Shown: positions 7,670 through 15,870 of the stretch, one piece after another
How the letters are laid out: the number at the start of each line of letters is the position of its first letter
Position numbering within the stretch: the stretch's first letter is position 1
Assembly (NCBI GenBank): GCA_963718225.1
Contig: CAVQYN010000019.1
Coordinates: 253,994 to 277,993, forward strand
From: an uncultured Chloroflexia bacterium
GTDB lineage: Bacteria; Chloroflexota; Anaerolineae; UBA4142
Length of the DNA stretch: 24,000 nucleotides
Reading direction: 5' to 3'
Program-made: the position numbers and the translations under genes
The notes under the pieces: generated by a model
Told to the model about the DNA's origin: nothing
The model's database searches: none
The model's input: the letters and a program-made list of their open reading frames with translations, nothing else

Positions 7670-8733
7670 AGAAATATTTTCCGATCACGCTGACAGCAGT
7701 GTTGTTGTCGGCAATTTTCTTTTTAGCAATCGATGTATCCATCGCGCACGCGCAAGGTCCGCTGTCCGATGGCGCGGATAAACTCGCGGCGATTGCGCGG
7801 CTCGTGCTCGATGTCCTGCAAGGTAGATCGACGATTGGTGCGGACGCGCTGTTCGCGCAATCCAAGCAGGCGTTGGCAGATTTGATCAACAGTCCGCAAG
7901 CCGATTTCGTTTTTCTCGATTTTGGCAATCCAAATTTGCCGTTCAACCAATTCGCCGCGACGCTCGCGCGCAACTTGCTCTTGCTCACGCCGCTCTACGC
8001 GCTCGCCTATCTCGGCATTCTCGTCTTTGGCATTTGGAAAGAAAAATCGATTCCGAATCCATTGCTCTATCTCGCGCTCGTCGCCGGCGTCATGTTTTTT
8101 CTCGCTGCGTTTGCCGGTATCACGCAAGGCATCGGCGAACTAGGACGCATGATTGCCGTGAGCATCGGCGGCGCGGGCAACGCGATGTTCCTGCGCGGCG
8201 CGTTGCTCGACACGACGATTCGGATTCTCGTGACGTTGCAAAAGAACGGCGGCGTGCTGGCGGTCATCGCATTGCTTGTCGCGATGGTCGAAACGGTTGT
8301 CATCTTGATTCAACTTGTCTATCGCGGCTTGGCGATGGCACTCTGGCGATTCATCGGCGTGTTGTTGATTCCGCTTTCGGTTCTGCTCGAAGGCGGCAGC
8401 CCGAAAACGGCGGGCAAGGTCATCGCCGGGTTTTTTGAAGCGTGGCTCGATGTCGTCGGCAAAATCACCTTGCTCTTGATCGTGCTCTCGATTGCCAGCG
8501 CGGATGCGTTTGCCAATTTGGTTTGGCTGATTCTGCCGGCGGGATTGCTCATCGTCGTTTCGTCGTGGGTATTTTTGAAACCGGCGTTCACGATGATTCG
8601 TGACGCAATTGCGCGCGTCTGGTCGAACATAGCGCCGGCAGAAGCCGACGAGTCGGCGCAAATCTCGTCGTCCGCGGAAGCCGCGCGTTCGCGGGAGATT
8701 GACGAGCAACGGAGAAAGTTGATTGAGGAGTAA
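7666..8733 (+). CDS. Polytopic membrane protein with signal peptide, VirB6/TrbL (PrgH/TcpH)-like
   Basis: This is the frame of ORF 7597..8733. The start is proposed at TTG 7666, a TTGA overlap with the upstream stop, giving LKKYFPITLTAVLLSAIFFLAIDVSIAHA|QG, which looks like a signal peptide. An exported region of about 90 aa and about 6 TM helices follow, then an acidic/basic C-terminal tail. The VirB6 assignment rests on topology and gene context only. Confidence 0.4.
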   Translation: MKKYFPITLTAVLLSAIFFLAIDVSIAHAQGPLSDGADKLAAIARLVLDVLQGRSTIGADALFAQSKQALADLINSPQADFVFLDFGNPNLPFNQFAATLARNLLLLTPLYALAYLGILVFGIWKEKSIPNPLLYLALVAGVMFFLAAFAGITQGIGELGRMIAVSIGGAGNAMFLRGALLDTTIRILVTLQKNGGVLAVIALLVAMVETVVILIQLVYRGLAMALWRFIGVLLIPLSVLLEGGSPKTAGKVIAGFFEAWLDVVGKITLLLIVLSIASADAFANLVWLILPAGLLIVVSSWVFLKPAFTMIRDAIARVWSNIAPAEADESAQISSSAEAARSREIDEQRRKLIEE

Positions 8734-8742
8734 AGTTCGCAA

Positions 8743-8795
8743 GTTTCAGGTTGCAAAGTGCGATTTCCTGAAACCTGAAACTTGGAACCTGAAAC
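8743..8795 (+). promoter_or_regulatory. Inverted plus tandem CTGAAAC repeat cluster immediately upstream of the ATPase start
   Basis: GTTTCAGG (8743-8750) is the exact inverse of CCTGAAAC (8767-8774), with a 16-nt loop between them. Direct copies follow immediately at CTGAAAC 8775-8781 and CCTGAAAC 8788-8795. The last copy ends 1 nt before ATG 8797. Confidence 0.45.
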
Positions 8796-8796
8796 A

Positions 8797-11250
8797 ATGC
8801 ACTCGCCCCGAAATATTTTCCTCACGCGCCTCTGGGCGTTTCTCAATTACCGCACCACCATCGGCTTGACGTGGCTGGAAATTCTCACCGCCAGCGGCGT
8901 CGGCATGCTGCTGGTTTGGATTTCTCTGCACGATTGGGCGGGCTTGACGGTTGGCGGTCCGCTGGCAATCTATTTTCTCCTCGCCGGTTTCTTATCGCGA
9001 ATGGCATTTCCCGCTCGACGGTTTGCGCGCGTTGTACGCGTGGTTCAACAAGCCGCTCGATGTGAAACCCGAGCCGACGAAGAAATATTACGCGCTCGCG
9101 TTGTTTGCCCTTGCAATTTTTGTCATCGTCTTTTCGATCTTTTTCGATTGGCGCGTCTTTGCGTTGCTCGCGCTTGCTTTTTTGCTCGCGGCGATTTTGC
9201 TCTGGGCGATTCATGACCGCGCCACGCACGGCAATCGATTAGATTTGCACGCCGTCGCCGCGCGTTTGCCGGTGCGCGACGTGATGACCGATGGGCAAAT
9301 CGTGCATCAAGACGGCAGTCGTTCGCGCGCGTCGATTATTACGTTGGGGCGAAGCGGGTACAAGCCAGCATTGCAAGCGACAGACGTTGCGAACGTGCTG
9401 ACGAAATTTCTCGCCCAACTCGCTCAGCGCGAAGAAGGCGCATTGCCGATTCGATTGTTCTGGCTCACCGATTATCACCTGGGTCAACTCGATCTCCGCA
9501 ATCTCAGCGACGCCGATCAAAAATATTTGCAGGAACTGCGCGCGCTGGCGGAATCGGGCGCGCGCAAAGCGCGCGTGGTCATCACGGGCATCGTCTATCC
9601 CACGCAATTGGAAAACCCGGTGCGGGATTGGCTCGCGCAACTTGATTTTAGTCTCGCGCCGCTCGGCGCGTACGCGGTCGAATCGCTGTTGCGCATGTTA
9701 ATGAACGGCGAAAGTTTTCTTGGGACAGATTCAGCAAGCCGCGACTCAACGCGGAAGGCAATCTGCCGCATGTGATTTATCGCGGCTTTGTGCCGGAGCA
9801 AATGCAATTTGGCGAACAGGTGCAGACGAATCGGAATGTGCTGGACGTGTTGCGCATCGACACGCCGTTTCCGGAAGCGCGCGAGGCGTTGATGCGTGCG
9901 TTGCAATCGGTCGATGGCATGTTGACCATCACGCTCACGCCCTTGCCGCGCGATGCAATCGGCGACAACATTGCGCGGGCAAATTCTGGCGGCGCGTGTC
10001 CCGGCTTGGGGCGTCCCAAACAAGCGCGCGCGATGCGCGAGGTGTTGCAGAAACTCGAAGACCGCCGGAGCTTGGAATATCTTTTCGATACACAGACGCA
10101 CTTGATTACGTGGGGACGCGATGCGGACGCGGCGGAGAAAAATCAATCGCTGGCGATGTCTTATCTCGCGGCGCTCGAATCCACGCCGCTGACTGGACGC
10201 GAACTCGATTCGCTCGATGCGTGGATGCCGGTTTTGTCGATTCCGCAGAACGCTGATCGATTCTCGCGCCTCATTGATTGGCTGGTGCGCGCGCCGCGCC
10301 AACCCTCGCAACGCTTGCTGACGACCGAAGCGATTACGACTCTCGCACATGAAGAAGGTTCGGATGTGTACCTTGCCGATGCGAGTAATCGCATTTTGTT
10401 GGGACGGAGTGTGGATATCGGCAAAGAGGGTTTGCGCTACGCCGACTTTCGCGCGGATACGGGACCGGTGTTGCTCGTGAGCGATCAGGGCGGCGGCAAA
10501 ACATCGACGCTGATTGTGTGGTTCATTCTGCGCTTGCAATTGCTCAAGTACAAAATCGTCGCCGTGAATTTGAAATACTCATCGCGCATGCAAGTGGCGG
10601 TGGAAAAAATCGGCGGCATCGTTTTGCATCCGATCGATGACCTTGACGATTTTGAACGCCAGACGCGCGAGGCGTTGTTCACCAAGCGCGCAGTGATTTA
10701 TCAACCGGTCAAAGGCACGCGCAAATTTTCAATTGCCGATGATCCGTGCCTGCGAACTTTTATGCGCGTCTTTTACGAAGAATGGCTGCCCAATCGTAAC
10801 GTGCCTGCCGCGCTGGTCATCGATGAAATTCATCGCTTGATGCCAAAGGACACGCCGCTTTCACCGAACGCGGCGGAGACCGCGACGCTCGTCGCCGAAG
10901 CGTTCAAAGATTGGGCGGAACGCAAATTGGTGATTGCCGCGGCGACGCAAACGTTGCGCGACTTGCTCGGCAGTAATTTGGGCGTCGCGTTACAAAAATT
11001 TCGCACGATGGTGTACTTTCAAGTTGGTCCCGAAGATCGCGAGATGCTGTTTGAAAAAGGGTATGAGCCGATGTTACTCAACGAAATTATCGGCGTCCGC
11101 CGGCGTCCGCGCGGTTACGGCGTGCTGGTGATGCCGGATGGTTTTTATACGACGTTGCGCGTGCTAGTGACGCAAGAGGAAAAAGAAGTGATTCAACGCT
11201 TGGACGTGGAAGAAACGTCCGATACCACGCCGCAACTGGAGTTTGATTGA
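8797..11250 (+). CDS. PrgI/VirB3-like TM segment joined to a VirB4/TraC/CagE-like T4SS ATPase; two compensating frameshifts in this sequence
   Basis: Three co-linear ORF pieces make up the gene: 8782..9216, 8951..9775 and 9772..11250. The N-terminus 'FLNYRTTIGLTWLEILTASGVGMLLVWI' resembles the GLTxRQ-type TM motif of PrgI/VirB3-like proteins, as recalled from memory. Further TM helices follow (YYALALFALAIFVIVFSIFF, VFALLALAFLLAAILLWAI). The rest has a VirB4-like layout: Walker A VLLVSDQGGGKTSTL, then IVAVNLKYSS...GGIVLHP, Walker B AALVIDEIHRLM, and motif AAATQTLRDLLGS. The frame switches at about 8986-8998 and about 9713-9720 (GESF|SWDRFSKP, at a T-run). The total of 2454 nt is 3n. Confidence 0.6.
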
Positions 11251-11854
11251 ATGCAAATTCCTGCGATGAATCGCGATGCCGTGCTCGTGCTGGCCATTGT
11301 AACGATTGCCTTGCTGTGTCTGCCGTTGTTGGGAATGTTGTTCGGCGATTTCAATCCGGCGGCGATGACGAATGCATCCGCGCCCGGCGTCACGCCGACG
11401 CTGGCGGCGCGCGCGTATCTTTTGCCCTTTCGCCAAGTGTTTGCGATTGGACTTGCGGAGCCGATTACGCGCACGACATTTTTGCTGTACGAAAATGGCA
11501 CCGATGTTTTTCAAGTCATCGGTCAGCGCGGCGCATACACGCGTTTGCAAACTCTCGATGCAAAAATGAATTTCTGGACGGCGTCGGAGAATGTGTCGCT
11601 GACGCCGACGGCATCGGCGCAGTACCGATTTGAGCGACCGTAATAAAGTTCTGCGTCTGATTCCGGCGACCGGCTATGCGTGTTTGCACGAGGATGCGCC
11701 GCCGCCCTTGTTCAGTGCGTGCCAACCGCTACCGAATTTTTCGTCGGCGCGGCTGAGCGGCAAAATGACGTCCGGCTCCGTTGTGGTCTACTTGGTTGAA
11801 ATCGATGGCAAGGCGTACTACGTTCCGCCGGAAATCATACTGACGATTCCATGA
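11251..11854 (+). CDS. N-terminally anchored hypothetical protein with SH3-like beta-rich segments. The ORF track gives two ORFs (11251..11643 and 11630..11854); they may be one gene split by a frameshift.
   Basis: The ATG at 11251 directly abuts the ATPase TGA (11248-11250). The TM anchor is AVLVLAIVTIALLCLPLLGML. The segments '..VFQVIGQRGAYTRLQTLDAKMNFWTASENVSL' and '..SGSVVVYLVEIDGKAYYVPPEIIL' resemble bacterial SH3-like folds. The second ORF has only a TTG start, no SD, and a 14-nt overlap. The combined length of 604 nt is 3n+1. Against a single gene, the first ORF ends in a TAATAA double stop. Confidence 0.35.
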
Positions 11855-11867
11855 GCGAGAGCAAAAC

Positions 11868-11902
11868 AAAAAGCCGGGTTTCTTTAAGAAACCCGGCTTT
11901 TT
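11868..11902. terminator. Bidirectional rho-independent terminator between convergent operons
   Basis: aaaaagccgggtttc (11868-11882) pairs perfectly with gaaacccggcttttt (11888-11902). A-tracts and T-tracts lie on both sides. Confidence 0.85.
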
Positions 11903-11916
11903 GTTTCCGTGCGAGA

Positions 11917-14250
11917 CTAAGGAGAACAACTGTTTGTAAACGTGGCTTGGTTTGAAACAAAATCATTGGGTGTGAGAACGTGCAATTTTTGCCAGCCCGC
12001 GCCGGCGGGCGCGGATGCCCATGTGTCGGTCACTTGGAGTGTTCCCGCGCCGCTGAAAGTCAATGAGGCAGACGGTTTATTGATGCCGTCACTGCGTTCC
12101 CAACGGAAACTCACACTGCCCGCGCCGTTCGCGGTGATGTTCGCAGAGAAATTGAACGTGCCGGGACACGCACCGGTAAACGTCGTTGGTGTTGCGCCGG
12201 CAACCACGCTGGTGACTTGGAATGGAACCGGCGTCGGTGTATTGGTCGGAATCGGAGTGAAGGTTGGTGTGCTCGTCGGAATCGGCGTGCGCGTTGGTGT
12301 GAACGTTGGCGTGCTCGTCGGAACCGGCGTAAAGGTTGGCGTGCTCGTTGGAATCGGCGTGTGGTTGGCGTGCTAGTGAACGTCGCGGTGGGCAATGGCG
12401 TTGCGGTAGGTCCGGTCAGCGTACGCGTCAGTTCGTTGTTGCTGTAATTGCCTTCTTCCACTTCGCGCAACATGTTCACGCGAACGACCACGACTTGCGA
12501 GCCGACAACGGTATAATTCGGCACGAGCAACCGCGCGTCTTGTCCCGGCGGAATCGTAAAAATCGGGCGGTCACCATAAACCGAATTGTTATTGGCAGTC
12601 ACTTGGACGTAGAACTGGCGCGTGACCGCGGCGGTGCCATCGTTGCGCACCGTATACAAAATTTCGTTGGACGGCGTCAATAAAATCTCCGTGACGACGA
12701 GGTCGGGCATTTCTTGAATTGAAATCGTCACCGAACGTTCGATGGTGCCGCCCGCGTTGTTGGCGATGAGATGGTAAATTGTTGTGGCATTGGGCGTGAC
12801 CAAGCGACTGCTGATCGGATCGACTTTGTCTTGATTTAAGAAAACTTGGTCGGCGCCGGTAACGTTCCACGTGAGCAAAACCGAAACACCGCGCGTGATG
12901 ACGGTGCGCGTCGAAGAAAAATCGTTAATGACCGGCACACCCGGTAAAGTTGGCGGTGGCGTGGAGCGTCGGTGGGAGCGTCGCGCTCGGTGGCGGCGTG
13001 GGAGTGATGGTGGGTGTGTTTGTCGGCGTGGCGGTGGGCCAATGACTGCCGACGACGGTAAATTGCCATGCGCGCGAGGCTTTGTTGCCGGAAGAGTCGC
13101 GCACTTCGACCAAGATAACATGCTGACCGGATTCTAAATCGGCGTTGTACGTAATCGAGGTTTCGGTCAACACGGCTTGCGCGGTTACGTCACGACCATC
13201 GACGACCATGCGCAAAGTCTTGAAATCGATGGCGCGATTATCACGGAAGCTTGCAGAAATCGGCACGCGCGTCGTCACCGAGCCGGGCAAGGGGTTTGGC
13301 GAGATCGTCGCATTCTCTGATGGCTCAAAACGCACGACGGTTGGCAGAGTTGTGTCGCGGGTGAGCCAATAGCCCGCCGCAATTGCAATGCCGGCAACGA
13401 GCAACGCAATCACCAGCGCGAGTCCGATGAATGGCAATGAGCAACCAAACAAGCTCGCGGGTGCTTGTGGTTCGCCCGGCAGTTCAGCGGGCGGCAGTTC
13501 TTCTGCCGGCAGTTCTTCCGCCGGCGGAAATTCCACCGCCGGTTCTTCGCCGGGAATTTCTTCCGATGTATCTTCGCTCAGCCGCGCGTCGCGTACCACC
13601 TTGGCGCGAATCATTTCCGCCAACGATTCTGGCAAACTGACTGCCGGCAAATAGCCGAACAAGGAACCTTGCGTGCCAAAGCGTCGTTGTAGCCCCCATG
13701 TGTGTTCGGGATCGATTTGCGCCGAAGCCGGGCGTCCGTGTTGGCGCGCGAGAACATCGAATTGCGCGTTGAACGATTTGGTTGCTTCTTCGAGGAGGCG
13801 CGGCAAATCGGTGCGCATAACCCCCAGCGCGCGCGCTTTTTCGGTGGGCGAGAGTCCGTGCAATTCTTCAATCACAAGAACGGCGCGATGAAATGCCGGC
13901 ATCGTGCGCGCGGCGTTCCAAATGTCGCCGACGAGACCCGGTACGCCGGGTTCGTCTGTGGCTAACAATTCCTCCAAGCCATCTTTTTGCCGGAGAAAAT
14001 TCAGTGCCAAGTCACGCGCGAGACTGTACAGCCAACCGCGCAGTGAAACTTGTTCACTCAATTCGCTCGTCGCCGATGGCAGTCGCTCGAAAATTTCCTC
14101 CAGCAAACGCGCGGCTTGATCCCGGTCGCCAATCACGCGATAGGTAAAATCGTACAGGTCGGCGCTGTACCGATCGAACAAATCACCCAGCGCGTGACGA
14201 TGTCCTTGATTTAATTCGGCAATGAGTTCGTGATCCGATTTGCTTCCCAC
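11917..14250 (-). CDS. ECF-type sigma-70 family domain fused via one TM helix to extracytoplasmic Ig-like, CARDB and Pro/Thr-linker domains; two compensating frameshifts in this sequence
   Basis: GTG 14250 is preceded by GGGAGG 6 nt upstream. Sigma region 2 is present (LFDRYSADLYDFTYRVIGDRDQAARLLEEIFERL, LRGWLYSLARDLALNFLRQ) and so is region 4 (FHRAVLVIEELHGLSPTEKARALGV..). The TM helix is LPFIGLALVIALLVAGIAIAAGYWL. The extracytoplasmic part has an Ig-like domain (..GQHVILVEVRDSSGNKASRAWQFTV), a second Ig-like domain, and a CARDB-like domain (PDLVVTEI...YTVRNDGTAA...EGNYSNNE). A TPxPTSTPTF linker and a C-terminal beta domain follow. The pieces are 12925..14250, 12111..13121 and 11917..12207. 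The frame switches at about 12950-12975 and about 12350-12371. The total of 2334 nt is 3n. Confidence 0.7.
12228..12385 (-). repeat. Tandem ~30-nt coding repeats encoding a Pro/Thr linker (TP[IV]PTSTPTF, about 4-5 units)
   Basis: Recurrent DNA units ggttggYgtgctcgtYggaaYcggcgt are visible on the + strand. They translate on the minus strand as TPIPTSTPTF TPVPTSTPTF TPTR TPIPTSTPTF TPIPTNTPTP. Confidence 0.7.
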
Positions 14251-14274
14251 AGCGAACCTCCCGCAGGTGTGCGG

Positions 14275-15252
14275 TTATGTGCGCGTCATTTGTGATAATG
14301 ACAACCCGGCGCGCCAGAGATAATACAAACCCAGCAAGGTCACCGGCAAAAAGAGCGTTGCGTGCAGAACCAAGGTGTAACTTGTCGCCAGGTTTTGTTC
14401 GACGCCGAACGCCGTCAACACGTACACAATCGGCGCGTCAAAGACGCCCACATAACCCGGCGTGCTCGGCGCAATCGTCACGAGATTGGCGAACGCGCAC
14501 GCGAGCAAAAAGACCGGAAATGATAGCGTAATGCCAAAGCCCCATGCAATTACCACGTACATCGCTGTTTCAAAAAGCCACGCAATAATCGATAGCGCAA
14601 AGACGGCAAAGGAATCGGCGGGGCTACGCAGAACGCCTAATCCTTCCAAGAGCGAATGCGTGAGCCGCGTCGCGCGTTCACGCCACGCTGCCCGCGGCAA
14701 CCGCGCGACAAAAAAATCGACGAGACGTTCGGTGCGGCGCGGCATACCGGCGAGAATTGCCAAGCCGATGATTGCGGCAATCAAAATCGCGGCAACGAGA
14801 CGCAGGCGCATCGTTTGCGATTCATCGGCAAAGTTGAGCAAGAACGATGCGATGACGATGAACGTCAGCATCGTCAAGCCATCGAAAATGCGCTCGACGA
14901 CAATCGTAACCAACGTTGCGGCTTTGCTGACATTCTCTTGCGCGCTCAAGACAAACGTACGGACCACTTCGCCGAGCCGTGCCGGCAAGATATCGTTTGC
15001 CATGTAGCCGATCACGACGGCGCGAAAGAGCGTGCCGAAGGCAATCGGCTTGATCGAACGGAGCAAGAAATACCAACGAAGCGCGCGCACGCCTACGCCG
15101 ATAAAATATAACGCCAGTGCGGGAATCAAGACCCAGTATTGCGCGCGTTGCAATGACGCGAGCATTTTGGCGGGGTCGGTTTGGTAGAACACGTACGCCA
15201 GCAAAATTAGGCTGATGACCAGACCCAGCCAGAGACCGCGTTGTTTGAACAT
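14275..15252 (-). CDS. Flippase-like / lysylphosphatidylglycerol-synthase TM-region family (UPF0104) integral membrane protein
   Basis: Polytopic membrane ORF with N-terminal blocks typical of the family: LGLVISLILLAYVFYQTDP....LIPALALYFIGVGVRALRWYFLL, GYMANDILPARLGEVVR. The ORF-track start (15309) lies inside a terminator hairpin. ATG 15270 lies inside a TGcTATGAT extended -10 element (15274-15266). ATG 15252 (MFKQRGLW..) is therefore preferred, but the start is uncertain. Confidence 0.6.
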   Translation of the reverse strand: MFKQRGLWLGLVISLILLAYVFYQTDPAKMLASLQRAQYWVLIPALALYFIGVGVRALRWYFLLRSIKPIAFGTLFRAVVIGYMANDILPARLGEVVRTFVLSAQENVSKAATLVTIVVERIFDGLTMLTFIVIASFLLNFADESQTMRLRLVAAILIAAIIGLAILAGMPRRTERLVDFFVARLPRAAWRERATRLTHSLLEGLGVLRSPADSFAVFALSIIAWLFETAMYVVIAWGFGITLSFPVFLLACAFANLVTIAPSTPGYVGVFDAPIVYVLTAFGVEQNLATSYTLVLHATLFLPVTLLGLYYLWRAGLSLSQMTRT

Positions 15253-15284
15253 TTGTCTTGTACTAATCATAGCACACATCGACC

Positions 15285-15332
15285 AAAAATAAAAGAGGCG
15301 CCAGACCACTTGTTGAGAGTGTCTGCGCCTCC
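15285..15332 (-). terminator. Rho-independent terminator after the SWIM gene
   Basis: On the minus strand, GGAGGCGCAGAC pairs with GTCTGGCGCCTC (11 bp with one bulged G) across a 14-nt loop. UUUUAUUUUU follows the stem. Confidence 0.6.
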
Positions 15333-15352
15333 AGTCTATTTAGTTGGAAAAA

Positions 15353-15601
15353 CTACCGCGTTTCCTGGCTCGGCGGCAGCATAACGCCCAGCACGCGTTC
15401 CATCGCCATCGTGTGACTGCACAAGCCGTGCGTGGCAAAATACTTGCATCCACACGACCAACGTCCGGCGTCATAAGCTACATCGTACGTACTGTTATCG
15501 CCTTCGAGCGCGACGCGGAACTGTTTGAAAACGACACGGCGGTTTTGCTCTGCCGCGTACCGCTTCGCCTTTTCGATCTTGCCGATCATGCTGGAGTCCA
15601 T
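15353..15601 (-). CDS. Small SWIM zinc-finger protein (82 aa)
   Basis: AGGAG lies 6 nt before ATG 15601. The CxCx(n)CxH signature is present as WSCGCKYFATHGLCSH. Confidence 0.6.
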   Translation of the reverse strand: MDSSMIGKIEKAKRYAAEQNRRVVFKQFRVALEGDNSTYDVAYDAGRWSCGCKYFATHGLCSHTMAMERVLGVMLPPSQETR

Positions 15602-15643
15602 GTCATTCTCCTGACGCGAGTTTGGGGTGCACAGCCGATGGGA

Positions 15644-15750
15644 CGAAAAAGCACCAGACGCGAACGCGCGTCTAGTGCTCTATGCCCAAAACCTCGTATG
15701 CCCGATCTGGCGGGCGGCTGTGCCATTCATAGTTGGATTCTGTTTCCTTG
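15644..15750 (-). ncRNA. Candidate ~105-nt leader RNA or small RNA ending in a strong intrinsic terminator upstream of the SWIM gene
   Basis: The minus-strand promoter is TTGACT (15784-15779), a 17-nt spacer, then TATACT (15761-15756). About 70 nt downstream there is a 13-bp hairpin, AGCACUAGACGCG / CGCGUCUGGUGCU (15679-15650), followed by UUUUU. The SWIM gene SD and ATG lie about 40 nt further on. The motif GGGCAUA occurs twice in the leader. No known riboswitch class was recognised. Confidence 0.35.
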
Positions 15751-15794
15751 CGCCAAGTATATGCCGATTTGGTGGAAAAGTCAAAACGAAAATT

Positions 15795-15823
15795 TTGACC
15801 CACCGTCGATTTTGTAGTAAAAT
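15795..15823 (+). promoter_or_regulatory. Sigma70-type promoter directed toward the DASS transporter gene
   Basis: TTGACC (15795-15800), a 17-nt spacer, then TAAAAT (15818-15823). Its -35 box lies 10 bp from the -35 box of the divergent minus-strand promoter. Confidence 0.55.
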
Positions 15824-15870
15824 CATTGTGTCGATGCGCGAAGACGCGCGTCAACGCAATTCGAGTGCTG

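Noticed and set aside
8743-8795. CRISPR-like array
   Set aside because: The repeats are only 7-8 nt long with spacers of 0-16 nt. This is far too short and irregular for a CRISPR array, and no cas genes are present. It is kept as a candidate regulatory motif instead.
11630-11854. Treating 11630..11854 as a confidently independent gene
   Set aside because: It has a TTG start with no SD and a 14-nt overlap with the upstream ORF. The window-wide indel rate makes a split single gene about as likely. It is left unresolved rather than called either way.
12228-12385. Tandem repeats as a non-coding VNTR or mobile-element terminus
   Set aside because: The repeats are in-frame coding units for a Pro/Thr linker, with continuous domain sequence on both sides. 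No transposase or terminal inverted repeats are nearby.
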